Below, piece by piece: positions 21,701 through 31,700 of a stretch of DNA of 64,000 bases; position 1 is the stretch's first letter; each line of letters begins with the position of its first letter. Origin of the DNA: a virus (lineage: Duplodnaviria; Caudoviricetes); the IMG/VR virus record IMGVR_UViG_3300028048_000042; one strand, 5' to 3'. The position numbers and the translations under genes are program-made. A model generated the notes under the pieces. That model was given only the letters and a program-made list of their open reading frames with translations, had not been told where the DNA came from and did no database searches.

Positions 21701-24700
21701 GTGCTTGCACTTGCAGGAGTATTAGGCGGTACATATTTAGGGTATCGTGGACTAAAAGCTTTGGGCAAGAAAGCATTTAGCCATTGGAATGACCCTAAAA
21801 CAGGTAATTCTTCTTCAAATAATGCTAAAAGTAATAAGAAATCATCTTCAAAAGGCGGTGGAAAAAACTCTTGGTGGAATAAAGCTAAGAATGGTGCAAA
21901 AAAAGCGAAGGGTTTGTTTGGCAAAGGTAAACTAGGATTTCTTGGTGGCTTGGCAACAACCTTATTATTAGGTAATGATATTGCTAATGCTAGTGCTCTT
22001 GATAATTATGAAGAGGAAGATTTAGAAGATAAAACTGAGGATGAACTCTCAGTAAAATTCCTTCAGATGTTTGCTACAGGTGAAGCAAAAGCAAGGTTAA
22101 GGAAATCAGATGGTTCACCGATGGAAATTTATGGTGAAACAGCAATGCAAACTTGGTTGCGAAATGAAATTGGTATGTCTGCGCAAGGGTTGATTAGTGG
22201 AGGAATATTTAGTGCTATATTGTTGAAGAAATTGTATGATTTGATAAAACGAAAATATTCCAAACTAAAAAAATTTCCAAAATTACCCCCATTACCCCCA
22301 TTACCTATGAAGGAAAAACTTTTGAGTGGAGTAGAGTCTGTCAAAGATAAATTATCAATGGGAGAATTAGGCTCTATTTTAAAGAATGAAGTAAAAAGTA
22401 GTTCACCGAGTATAGGTATTGATGGAGGAAAAGGTAAATTTGGTTCTACGTTAAAGAATACTGCAAAATGGTCAGGTGCATTTAATTTAATATCTGAATT
22501 TATGGACACTGATTCTCCATATACCACAAGTCAAAAAATTGCAAGAGCAGGTATTGATACAGCAATTGATACACCGATTTATGCGGTAGCTTCAAAAATC
22601 AGTCCGTGGCTTGCTTTAGGATTACCTATAGCTAGTTGGGGAATTGGTAAAATAACAGGCACAGACCCATTAGCGTGGATGCATGAAAAAGCGAAATCAT
22701 ATTTTGGATTATCTAGCGAATTGGATAAATATAACGCTCAATTCTTAGAAACATTGTTTAATGATACAGAAATGGATGCGGATAGTTTCCTAGAATTATG
22801 TGAAAAAAAAGATGAACAAGGGAAGTTAATCAAAGAATACATGAAAAAAAATGGTGTAGACTTTGATAGCATGACCGAAGTAGAAAAGAAAATTTTTGCT
22901 GAAGAAATTAAGAGTTTAGGAAATGCTACAGCTACGTTGGCACAAATTATGGCATTAGCAATAATAGCAGCAAAAGAAGCACAAAAAAGGCGCAAAAACC
23001 CAAATCATAACGGTAAAAAATTAAAACCTTGGGTTGAAAAAACCATAGAAGATTGGGCAAATAGTGCTTTTGATGATAATGATAACATTAAATGGGGCGA
23101 AGCATTAGTAGGTATTGAATGGTTGATTAAAAAGAATTATGAAATAGTTCAAAACCCTGATGCAAGTGATGAAGAAAAACAAAAAGCACAAGACCTTTTA
23201 GGTACATTGTTTAATATGCGTGCAGTTGCCAAATATAAAATTGGTGGAGAAGACCATGATGAAGTTGTAAACGAAATGGTAACAGGTGCGAATGAATCTT
23301 ATGCAGATTGGATAGCAAGCGGTCAGGCAACTAAAAAATTACCTGCTAATATGCAAATTGTATTAAATGATGGATATAAGGCAAGTATTCAAAAAACAGT
23401 AGATAGTTTAGATTGGGGCTTTGTAAAAAAAACAATGGAAGGTTCTGAATTTAGTTTTGAAGACTATTTTGATGAATATATTGCTGATTATATGGGGCAA
23501 TGGAGTGGAGATTTTTTCAATAATAAAGACTTGGTTAAACAAGCATATATCGAAGCAAAATCTCAAAAAATACTTGAAGAAGCTAATCCTGACCAAGTAG
23601 AAGATGTAGGTGCGGACTCCCCATTACCTGAAATAACAAATCCTATTGATTCAGAGGGTAACGAAGGAACTATTAATGGTATGACTGTATATCGACAGTT
23701 TGACCCTCGTTGGGCTGACAATGTTATTGCAGGTAGCAGCACAATGCGCGAAGCAGGGTGTGGCCCTACATCATTTGCTATGGTTGCTTCTGCACATGGC
23801 TCACATTATAGCCCTTGGCAAATTGCACAAATATTTGCACAAAGAGGAATTTATATTCCTGATGTAGGTAGTGATGCAAGTAAATATCCTGAGTTAGCAA
23901 GAGAAATGGGTTTTGAGCTTATACCGACAAAAGACAAAGATTATGTAAAACAGATGTTAGCATCAGGACACCGTGTAGTTGCAGCGCATGGCAGAGGTAA
24001 GTTTACAAAAAGAGGACACCACATGGTATATGCAGGATTAAATCAAAATGGTAAATTGTTAATTGCAAATCCAGGTCGTGATGAATCTGTATATACAGAA
24101 TATGATGTAGACGAAGTATTAAATGATGCAGGTGGTGATATAGATTGGTATGTAGATACAGGTGAAGGTACAGTTATAGATGGAGCTTTGGGTAATTTAA
24201 ATTTGGGTAATTTAAATTTAAGCGGTTTAGCTTCATACAAACCACTTACGATTAAAGAAGCACACGAACAAAGTGTTGCGGCATACCAAAAAGCAATAGG
24301 ATTTAGTGATAAAAATGCAGTACAAGGTCGAATAATCAATGGTATGTATGTAGACCCAAATCAGTCATTTGTTTCTATTGAGGAATTAAAAAAACGAATA
24401 ATTGCAGAAAGAAATGGCGAAATCTACCAATCAAAAGAATTGGAAAAACCACCTTCTGAAAAAGAAATTAAAGATAGTGGAGAAGATGCTGCAAATAAAT
24501 CTGTTCAAAGAGAATCAGAAAAAAAAGCAAAAGAAGCTGAAGAAAAACGTAGAGTTTTACAATTAGCTATTCAAAAGCAGAAACAACAAGAAGAGCAAGA
24601 AAAGGCAAAAGAAGCTGATGTAGCACATCTAAATGTATATGGTGAATTAAAAAAAGGTATGAGTATGGCTGATTTTCATCGAGAATTGGAAGAAATATTA

Positions 24701-24748
24701 TCATCAATGAATTTTGACCCTGATACTGCAATTGTAGATTTTGATTGA
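18797..24748 (+). CDS. Tape measure protein 3 with C39-like peptidase domain
   Basis: 1983 aa paralogue of TMP1/2. YRQFDPRW..AGCGPTSFAMV..FTKRGHHMV..IANPG at ~23680-24160. Confidence 0.78.
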   Translation: MSTIDEIQSNIQEEDQELFDTLQSVFTLKSDITKIIENKNNQFLQLKEMLESIADYVKQEQHLRQVIAEKKVNDLDEIQRIFNAQNEAMSELYHGYYKAKEESDQKLEGFISDLAEVIGGLTSAHNQLIDVVKRDYPNFGNQIKFVSAQHKKIIDAIKKVYNQERQRTTEQTQKIDEFIQQTQQVKESESLSNINRSVTQRLNALINKIVSDNEILLTKGTFVKNNNREYYRVKDAMEEITRKLKYSRELGDEENYSDSLSKLLINTKQIVTIMSEDFNNWKDLKYEDIAGFNKKIDKYDGLSALNQEILNELNPDKFKDEFAGFNEVMRNAQKISNEKLKQFISDGINSYRQNPLGKFDYINGNRGLIDRTKKVANHVDYQSLHDPAHMNFARARAGYTNVLNSIHEEHLEVAQRRAQYAGTDKNRDAIINQEMQKLTREDFKNGRYTQPLIDYNDNLLKSAKLEKKSSKETSKNLEEAIKTTYSQIYAISHFDPQSKLLDKLRSQCKMLEDTKRDVDATLKDKKTIQLKDFLKNPLKAAGLGTLLTLLGAGGLFSFNKWKNMIKSQADKSGQLMYNNYLINASAGLPMGYGALDRVYNQGRTLYAISNGMVGFEAPTKMYHSLIKRVGGGMYGGAKDPQGLSAMAKYMTLPAQLYDINENTLADFANSMYKTNKMSSQDTLDTLNRVMNDAKRANVPMEKYIKLISSMATQMRHLGYNGRHAVGIMTHMINRGMRVEDAHAMQTSILGVQTNYSKNKSNAVYAVMTGQAGNMWAGILMNLKTHDANGDPIGNRQKMIGQQMKAELGFYQFGFSENPEMQRFLMAQKLQMMGFDRQRIAQLTDTAISGSDEDLGKLLEGFEEEDIAKTEKAADGLKRMAAELKTVGAQVSHWQKMKTDMTVAANKIAESLGSHHAAMQELSEMIHNQIKNLTPEYTEFIKKIGELPDKIKKFKEEHGELTSFILAHPVLALAGVLGGTYLGYRGLKALGKKAFSHWNDPKTGNSSSNNAKSNKKSSSKGGGKNSWWNKAKNGAKKAKGLFGKGKLGFLGGLATTLLLGNDIANASALDNYEEEDLEDKTEDELSVKFLQMFATGEAKARLRKSDGSPMEIYGETAMQTWLRNEIGMSAQGLISGGIFSAILLKKLYDLIKRKYSKLKKFPKLPPLPPLPMKEKLLSGVESVKDKLSMGELGSILKNEVKSSSPSIGIDGGKGKFGSTLKNTAKWSGAFNLISEFMDTDSPYTTSQKIARAGIDTAIDTPIYAVASKISPWLALGLPIASWGIGKITGTDPLAWMHEKAKSYFGLSSELDKYNAQFLETLFNDTEMDADSFLELCEKKDEQGKLIKEYMKKNGVDFDSMTEVEKKIFAEEIKSLGNATATLAQIMALAIIAAKEAQKRRKNPNHNGKKLKPWVEKTIEDWANSAFDDNDNIKWGEALVGIEWLIKKNYEIVQNPDASDEEKQKAQDLLGTLFNMRAVAKYKIGGEDHDEVVNEMVTGANESYADWIASGQATKKLPANMQIVLNDGYKASIQKTVDSLDWGFVKKTMEGSEFSFEDYFDEYIADYMGQWSGDFFNNKDLVKQAYIEAKSQKILEEANPDQVEDVGADSPLPEITNPIDSEGNEGTINGMTVYRQFDPRWADNVIAGSSTMREAGCGPTSFAMVASAHGSHYSPWQIAQIFAQRGIYIPDVGSDASKYPELAREMGFELIPTKDKDYVKQMLASGHRVVAAHGRGKFTKRGHHMVYAGLNQNGKLLIANPGRDESVYTEYDVDEVLNDAGGDIDWYVDTGEGTVIDGALGNLNLGNLNLSGLASYKPLTIKEAHEQSVAAYQKAIGFSDKNAVQGRIINGMYVDPNQSFVSIEELKKRIIAERNGEIYQSKELEKPPSEKEIKDSGEDAANKSVQRESEKKAKEAEEKRRVLQLAIQKQKQQEEQEKAKEADVAHLNVYGELKKGMSMADFHRELEEILSSMNFDPDTAIVDFD

Positions 24749-24752
24749 TGTG

Positions 24753-24784
24753 AAAACACTCCTTAATTTAAAAGGAGTGTTTTT
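24753..24784 (+). terminator. Rho-independent terminator after TMP3
   Basis: AAAACACTCCTT...AAGGAGTGTTTT. Confidence 0.75.
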
Positions 24785-24893
24785 AATTTTCTTAGTATAG
24801 AGTTTGTTTATATAGTTTATAGAAAAATAAAGCAAAATATAGAAATATTTTCTATATTTTGCTTTATTTTTATTTTTGAAGGAGTGATTTGTA

Positions 24894-25454
24894 TTGAAAC
24901 TTAGCGAATATGCAAAAAAGAATAATGTTACTTATCGTACTGCATGGAATCATTTTAAAAATGGTAAAATTTCCAATGCACAACAGTTACCTTCAGGTAC
25001 TATTGTAATTTCAGAAGAACTATCAAAAAAACCTGAATATACAGTTATTTATGCTAGAGTGTCTTCTTCGGAGAATAAAGGCAATCTTGATTCTCAAGTA
25101 GAAAGATTACAAAATTTCTGTATTGCAAATGGTTGGATAGTAAATGAAGTAGTAAAAGAATGCGCTAGTGGATTAAATGACGAGCGTCCAAAATTGACAA
25201 AAATTTTTAAAGAAAGGAAAGCTACTAGATTAGTTGTTGAACATAAAGATAGATTAACTAGATTTGGATTTAATTATATTAAAGAACTTTTTAATGATTG
25301 TGAAATCATTGTTGTTAATGAATGTGAGGATAAACAGGATTTGTTTGAAGATTTTGTTTCGCTAGTAACAAGTTTTTGTGCAAGAATATATGGTAGACGA
25401 AGAACAAAGAGAAAAACGGAACAAATTATAAAACAATTGAAAGAAGAAAATTAA
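24894..25454 (+). CDS. tnpA: IS607 transposase (HTH + serine recombinase)
   Basis: N-terminal HTH, VIYARVSS catalytic motif, ASGLN..R, VVEHKDRLTRFG, SFCARIYG. Confidence 0.92.
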   Translation: MKLSEYAKKNNVTYRTAWNHFKNGKISNAQQLPSGTIVISEELSKKPEYTVIYARVSSSENKGNLDSQVERLQNFCIANGWIVNEVVKECASGLNDERPKLTKIFKERKATRLVVEHKDRLTRFGFNYIKELFNDCEIIVVNECEDKQDLFEDFVSLVTSFCARIYGRRRTKRKTEQIIKQLKEEN

Positions 25455-25490
25455 GATGTAAAAATTTTTAATTAAAGGAGGTGAATTAAA

Positions 25491-26711
25491 ATGATATTAG
25501 CAGAAAGGCATATTTATAAACCAACACATAGATATTATGCTGAATTGGATAAACTTTGTTTTCTCAGTAAAAATCTTTACAATGCAACGTTATATGACAT
25601 TAGACAATATTTTTTTTATACAGGAGAATATAAAAATTACAATAAGGTTAACAAAGAATTTGCACATAATAATCAAATTGATTATAGAATGTTACCCTCA
25701 AAAGTTTCTCAGCAAATACAGAAATTGGCAGATAAAAATTTTAAATCCTTCTTTGCCTTACTGAGAAAGAAAAACCAAGGTAATTATAGCAAACGAATTT
25801 CAATTCCTAAATATCTTGACAAAGCAAATGGTAAAGAAATAGTTCCATATACAAAACAAGCAATTTCTTATAGTAATAACATTATAACTTTAAGCGGAAC
25901 AGATATAAAAATTAAAACAAAAATCTCCAAAGAAAATATTCAAGCTGTAAGAGTAGTTCCTTGTAATGGTCATATTAAAATTGAGGTTTTATACAATATA
26001 CAAGAATGTAATCTTAAACGAAAAGACAATAACATTGCAAGTATTGATTTGGGTTTAAATAATCTTATGACTATAACATTTACAAATAACAAACCGTTAA
26101 TTATAAATGGTAAACCAATTAAATCCATAAACCAATATTACAACAAGAAAAAGTCTTTTTATCAATCTTTGTTAGAAAAATGCAATAGCAAAAAGACAAG
26201 TAAACGATTACAAAGATTATCTTTAAAGAGATTTAATAAAATTGATGATTATTTACATAAATCGGTTTCTTATTTGATGAATCAATTAGTTTCTAATAAC
26301 ATCTCAACTTTAGTTGTAGGATATAATCAAAATTGGAAACAAGACATTAATATAGGAAAAATAAATAATCAAAATTTTACAAATATATCTCATTTAAAGT
26401 TGGTCAAAATGTTAGAGTATAAATGTCAGTTATATGGAATAAATTTTATTTTGCAAGAAGAAAGTTATACTTCCAAATCTTCTTTTGTTGATAGAGATAT
26501 TTTGCCTATCTATAAACCCAATGAAAATAAAAAACATTCTTTCTTGGGAAAAAGAGTAAAACGAGGATTATATCAAACAAAAGAAGGAAAGTTTCTTAAT
26601 GCGGACGTAAATGGTTCATATAACATTATGAGAAAAGTAGTTGGAAATGCTATATATGATATAGTTAATCCAATAGAGGTGTGTAGTACGCCACAAAAAT
26701 ATATTGTTTAA
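25491..26711 (+). CDS. tnpB: TnpB RNA-guided nuclease
   Basis: SKNLYN; RuvC-I SIDLGLNNL; EESYTSK; RuvC-III NADVNGSYNI. Confidence 0.92.
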   Translation: MILAERHIYKPTHRYYAELDKLCFLSKNLYNATLYDIRQYFFYTGEYKNYNKVNKEFAHNNQIDYRMLPSKVSQQIQKLADKNFKSFFALLRKKNQGNYSKRISIPKYLDKANGKEIVPYTKQAISYSNNIITLSGTDIKIKTKISKENIQAVRVVPCNGHIKIEVLYNIQECNLKRKDNNIASIDLGLNNLMTITFTNNKPLIINGKPIKSINQYYNKKKSFYQSLLEKCNSKKTSKRLQRLSLKRFNKIDDYLHKSVSYLMNQLVSNNISTLVVGYNQNWKQDINIGKINNQNFTNISHLKLVKMLEYKCQLYGINFILQEESYTSKSSFVDRDILPIYKPNENKKHSFLGKRVKRGLYQTKEGKFLNADVNGSYNIMRKVVGNAIYDIVNPIEVCSTPQKYIV

Positions 26712-26803
26712 TATATTTTGAAAAATAATTATATGGCAATATATTTCTATATAATTATTAACTATTTGTATTTGTATTGTAGAATACGAGGTGGTGAATC
26801 TAA

Positions 26804-28687
26804 ATGAAACAGAATACAACATTAGTTCCTATTCCTCCAGCGTCAGACCCCAATAACCCTGCGAACAAAAACAGGTCGCTTAATGTTGAAGACCCAAACC
26901 GTTGGGATAACGAACGAAATACAAATGATGCGGATTTAGCAAAACAGACACATTCTCGCGATACAGGAGATTACGCAGGACAAGATAAAGGTCATACGGA
27001 AGAAGAATTAGTTAAACCACAAGAAGGTTCAACTGAAAATGGTAAAAGTGATAAAAATAAAAAAAGTGGTAAAACTACCGCAGGTGGAGATACTTTAGTT
27101 GCTACTTTGGGGCAGGCTGTTGTTGGTGCCGCTTTAGGTAAAGTTTTTGACAAATGGCTTGGCACAGGAAAAAAAAAGAAAACTGTGGGCAATAACGCTC
27201 AAATAAATGCAATGCCTTTATGTGGAACATTAGGCAGTGTTGAAAATACAAAAGAATATATGCAGACCACTGCAAGGTACAATAATTATTTGACTTGTAA
27301 TTTAGGCTTGGCACAAATGGCTTCAGACAGATATATGTCTTTGAAAGAGAGAATACCAATGTGTATTGAATATTATGCTACACCTGAGGAACGCAAGTCA
27401 ATTACAATGTATGTAAATCCTGAAAATATGTCAATTAGTACCGCAAAAGTAAAACAAAAGGTTTTTACTCGTGGTGGTATTTATTTCCATCATTATGGTG
27501 ATGATGTATGGACGTTAAAGATAAATGGTACAACAGGTTATTCGCAAATGAAAGGTATTGAAGCTCTTGAAGAAGTTTATTTCCATTCAGGAACTTTGTT
27601 AAAATATCAAAATGTATCTGTAACGACGGTACATACAAATCAAATGACTTTATATAAACCAACAGATATGCAAGATGCATTGGATAAATTAAAAAGTGCA
27701 GGTGGCGTAAGTGGTTGGCTTGGTAAAGTAATTAGTACAGCTACTGATGCATTGGGGTATACAGGCGATGGCTCTAAGTCATTGGGAACAAAAATTTTTG
27801 GTGCAAAAACGGCTTCAGGAAAAAGCAATGCTAATTTGTTTGATGCACTGAATAATTCGTGTATCGGATTGAGCAATCATATGATTGATGTTATTAACGG
27901 TGGTTCAGGAAATGGTTCAGGAAATGGTAGTGTGCTTAATTTAATGCAGGCCGCTTCTCTTGTAACAGGTAATCCTACTGCAATTAAAGAATATTTTAAT
28001 CAGACTGTTGGTAGTTTAAAACAAGGTTTTGGTGGGTTTACCGCCCAAGCTTTGTTGGGTGCATTCGCAGCAGACAGTTGTGCTACGATTAGTGGTAAAC
28101 AAGGACATAATATGGAAAATATGTTTAAACAAATGAATGGTGCAACAAAAAATGCTTTCGGTAGTGTTTTGAATATGCTGACAGGTAATTTTACAGGAGC
28201 AGCAACTTATGCATTGCCAATGACAGGTACAAGCGGTAATTTCTATACTTTGGGTAGAATGACGGCTAATGAATTAAATAATGTAGTTGGTTCAGTGCAA
28301 TCATTTAATAAAGAACATATGATAGATAAAGATAAAGCTAGAGAAAATTGGGCAGATATGGAAGACCAATTGACTGATTTGTATAGACCAAGACAGATTA
28401 TTATTTATTTTGATGATAGAGTTTATATTGGTCATTTTGATTCGTTTAATTATAATCGAAAAGCAGCCACACCATTAATTTATTATGATATGACATTTAC
28501 TGTCACGCGACAGATAAAAATAGATAAACAACCGCAAGATAGCGCAGGTTCTGCTAGTTTGGGTAGTCTGCTTGGTATGGCAGCCGCAGGTTCAATTGTT
28601 CGTGGTATTTCAAATTCGATAAAAAAAGGTAAAGGTGGAGGACTTGACCCTAGAGGAAATGAAAATACAAATGACCCTAGAGTATAA
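26804..28687 (+). CDS. Tail tube initiator / baseplate tube-fold protein
   Basis: ITMYVNPENMSIS..TRGG..HYGDD..INGTTG and YIGHFDSFNY..IYYDMTFTV halves; position after the TMPs. Confidence 0.55.
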   Translation: MKQNTTLVPIPPASDPNNPANKNRSLNVEDPNRWDNERNTNDADLAKQTHSRDTGDYAGQDKGHTEEELVKPQEGSTENGKSDKNKKSGKTTAGGDTLVATLGQAVVGAALGKVFDKWLGTGKKKKTVGNNAQINAMPLCGTLGSVENTKEYMQTTARYNNYLTCNLGLAQMASDRYMSLKERIPMCIEYYATPEERKSITMYVNPENMSISTAKVKQKVFTRGGIYFHHYGDDVWTLKINGTTGYSQMKGIEALEEVYFHSGTLLKYQNVSVTTVHTNQMTLYKPTDMQDALDKLKSAGGVSGWLGKVISTATDALGYTGDGSKSLGTKIFGAKTASGKSNANLFDALNNSCIGLSNHMIDVINGGSGNGSGNGSVLNLMQAASLVTGNPTAIKEYFNQTVGSLKQGFGGFTAQALLGAFAADSCATISGKQGHNMENMFKQMNGATKNAFGSVLNMLTGNFTGAATYALPMTGTSGNFYTLGRMTANELNNVVGSVQSFNKEHMIDKDKARENWADMEDQLTDLYRPRQIIIYFDDRVYIGHFDSFNYNRKAATPLIYYDMTFTVTRQIKIDKQPQDSAGSASLGSLLGMAAAGSIVRGISNSIKKGKGGGLDPRGNENTNDPRV

Positions 28688-28706
28688 ATAAAGGAAGGAT
28701 AATTTC

Positions 28707-31700
28707 ATGGCTGAAGAAAAAGATGAAAAGAAGGAAAAAGAGGAACAAAAAAACCAAGAGATTAGTAAAAATCAGGCAGATGCAAAAGCTAAGACTAAAA
28801 ACGCAAAAGGGCTTTTACCTGAAGGTGTGGATGATGGTTCAAATCCTTTTGCTACAGGTGAAATAAACACAAGTGGCACTTATGGTATGAATGTTGGTCG
28901 TGACATTCTTAAAGGAGCTACTTTCAGGAAATATGAATTTCCTGAAAAACTCGAAGGTGTACAATTACAGTATGCTAATACAGAAAAACAGTTAAAAGTA
29001 GTTAACTTTAAACAGGATTATGTTGTTTTGATTCGTAAAAAATTGTTTTATGCGGCAAATTCACAAGGGCAGATTGGTAATGATGCTGCAACAATTGATG
29101 ATGGTAATTATATTCGCAGTTATAAATTAGATACTTTTACTTCTATTAGAACAAATATTTCTATTGCAGGTACAGCAGGAAATTGTCAGATTGAATTACA
29201 AGGCGCAGAAAGAGCTTATTGTTTTGAAGAAAGTAAAAAAACACCTCATGGTGCTCCTTTATTAAAAGGTATGATTAGTGACCAATGGCCTGACAATTAT
29301 GCTCAAATTGTTTATGACTCAAACAACTCTATGGGAGTGAGAGATTCAACTGATGAAAAGGATGACAAAAAAACAGATTCAATTTATGACAATCAAGATT
29401 TTGAAAGTAAGGGTAGAGGTACTGTTTGGAATCGTGATGATGCACAATCTGTGGAATATAATGGAAGAAAGGCAGAAATTCACACACGTTATCAAAAATA
29501 TGCTACAGAAGATGGATATTCTTATGGTGTAGTTGGTAAAGTACGTATTTATCAGAATAATATTGATGATAAATATGTTGAACAATTGAAAGTGGATGCT
29601 AAAAATCCTGATGAAAAAATATCTAAGCCTGCTAAACAAAAATTAGAATTGTTACACAGTGATGAAAACGGCAAGTGGTATTACGAGGGAACTTTGCCTG
29701 CTCGTTCTTCGGAAGAAAGTCAAGAAGAACCTGAACGTATTAGCGGTTGGAAAATTGTAGAAAAATGCGATTTTGAACCAATGGACGAGGTTTGGGTTTT
29801 TGGCAAATCTAATTTCGAACGTGATGAAACAGGCGATTTTGCCATGAAACAAATTTTCTTCGGTTATATTGATACAATCACAAAACAACATAGTGCAGGT
29901 AAAACCGCAGGTTGTACAGTAACAATTTCTGCAAGTGACCAATTAAAACTTTTGGATTTATCATATGTAACTATGAATCCGTCAATGACACCAGGTATTA
30001 GTATGGGTAATGGCGGTATTGATTTAAGATTTTCAGCGCAAGATAAAGCGCATTTTGGTACATTCGAAGTATTTAACCCATATGCTGTTGCACAAATGAT
30101 TGGAGCAAAGGGAACAGTTGAAGATGCTTCAGATGCGCAAAAGGAAGTAATTCGCAGTGCGTGGAGATATTTGTCTTTAAGCAATTGTTTCGCAGGTAAG
30201 CCTGTCTGTGAAATCATTAAGACCCTTTGCATTGATGCAGGTATACCAACATGGTATCTAAAAGATAGGATTGAACCAATCCGATTCCCTCCTTTTGTGT
30301 ATATGCTGAAACAAGCAAATTCAGGGACATTGTTTAACGCTGTGATGCAGAAACGTTTACAAATGTGTGCAACTGCGGCAAATAAATTGATGCTTGAATT
30401 CTTTGCAGATGAAGAGGGTAATATTGTTTTAAAAGTTCCAAACTATATTTTGGGTGCAAATACTTTAACTAAAAACAATATGGGTTTTTCACAATTGGAC
30501 GGTGGCGTTTTAAATTCAATAAATATTGATGATATAAAACCGTTCTATTCAGCAATTGGTATTGACCAAGCAAGAGAACAAGACAAAGAAAGAATTTCAA
30601 AAGATACAGATGAGTCTTCACAAGAAGCATTATCTCATGCAGGTGATGATTTAACGCCTGAAGCAAAGCAATATTATTATCAGCAAATGGCAGAACGAGT
30701 GGCGTTATTTAATGAAGGTAACTATACTATGGCGGCAAATATGCTGAATGGTGTGGTTGAAACAAATGAAGCCGCTCAATATATTTCTGATTTCCGAACT
30801 TTCAATCCGCAGTTAAATCCAACCTCGCAAGCGAGTGTAGATTATGAAATAAAATCGCCTGATACGTTTTGGACAATTGCTCAAAAATATTTAAATACAG
30901 GTGAAAGATATAATGAAATTTTGCTTGATGTTAGAGAACAAGTCCCTGGCATGGAAAATCTTGGAGCAAATGAATGCGAAAGGGTTTATGGAAAAACAAT
31001 AACAATTAATCTTAATCGAAGTTTTAATGAATTGGATAAAAACGGAAAAAGTGTTGTTCGTGAATCTTCACAAGCTATGTATGAAAAATTTCAAAATGGT
31101 ACATATAATATTTGGCAAAAAGGAGTAAGAAGAAAACCAAAAACTCAGCAAGATTACGAAAGAAATGTGCTAAACCGATACGACCAAAGTTTATCAGAAA
31201 TGACAGATGCATTGATTCCTGAAATTCCACAAGAATATGTGATTTCTTTTAACCTTACAGATTCTGATAAACAATTGTACAATATGTATGAAGTGAATAT
31301 TGAGGGCGATTTCGGTATTTTTGATAAAGGTGGTCTAATTAATAAAATTGCTCGTGTATTCCCTGATTTTAGTAGTATGCTACGTTTTGGTTGCAGACCT
31401 GCACCGCAAACTATTAGTTTCCCTTATATGGGTAATAGAGAAAATGCACATCTGTTGGGTTTTATGCTTACAGCTCAATCAGTAGCAAAACGTCATTCTG
31501 CTACATTAAGTATGATTGAAGATTCTTCAATTAAGGTTGGAAATCCAATTCGTATATTTACTTATGATGAACATCCTGATTTACCATTATATCCACAAGG
31601 AAATCATACAGTTGGTAATACTGCATATACTGCAACAGGTGCTAATGGTAATACTGCTACATTGGAACAAAATCAAATGGCACAAATTTATCAACAGCAA

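Larger units (their letters stand above)
24797..26764 (+). mobile_element. IS607-family element (ends approximate)
   Basis: tnpA serine recombinase plus tnpB; 23-bp-arm inverted repeat at 24823-24871 near left end; AT-rich hairpins at right end; intergenic insertion in the tail operon. Confidence 0.85.

Noticed and set aside
22281-24219. Short tandem repeats in TMP3 (LPP x3; LGNLN x2)
   Set aside because: In-frame linker micro-duplications with no sign of a separate function.
24797-26764. IStron (group I intron-IS607 chimera)
   Set aside because: Insertion is intergenic and under 100 nt precede tnpA, too little for a ribozyme core.
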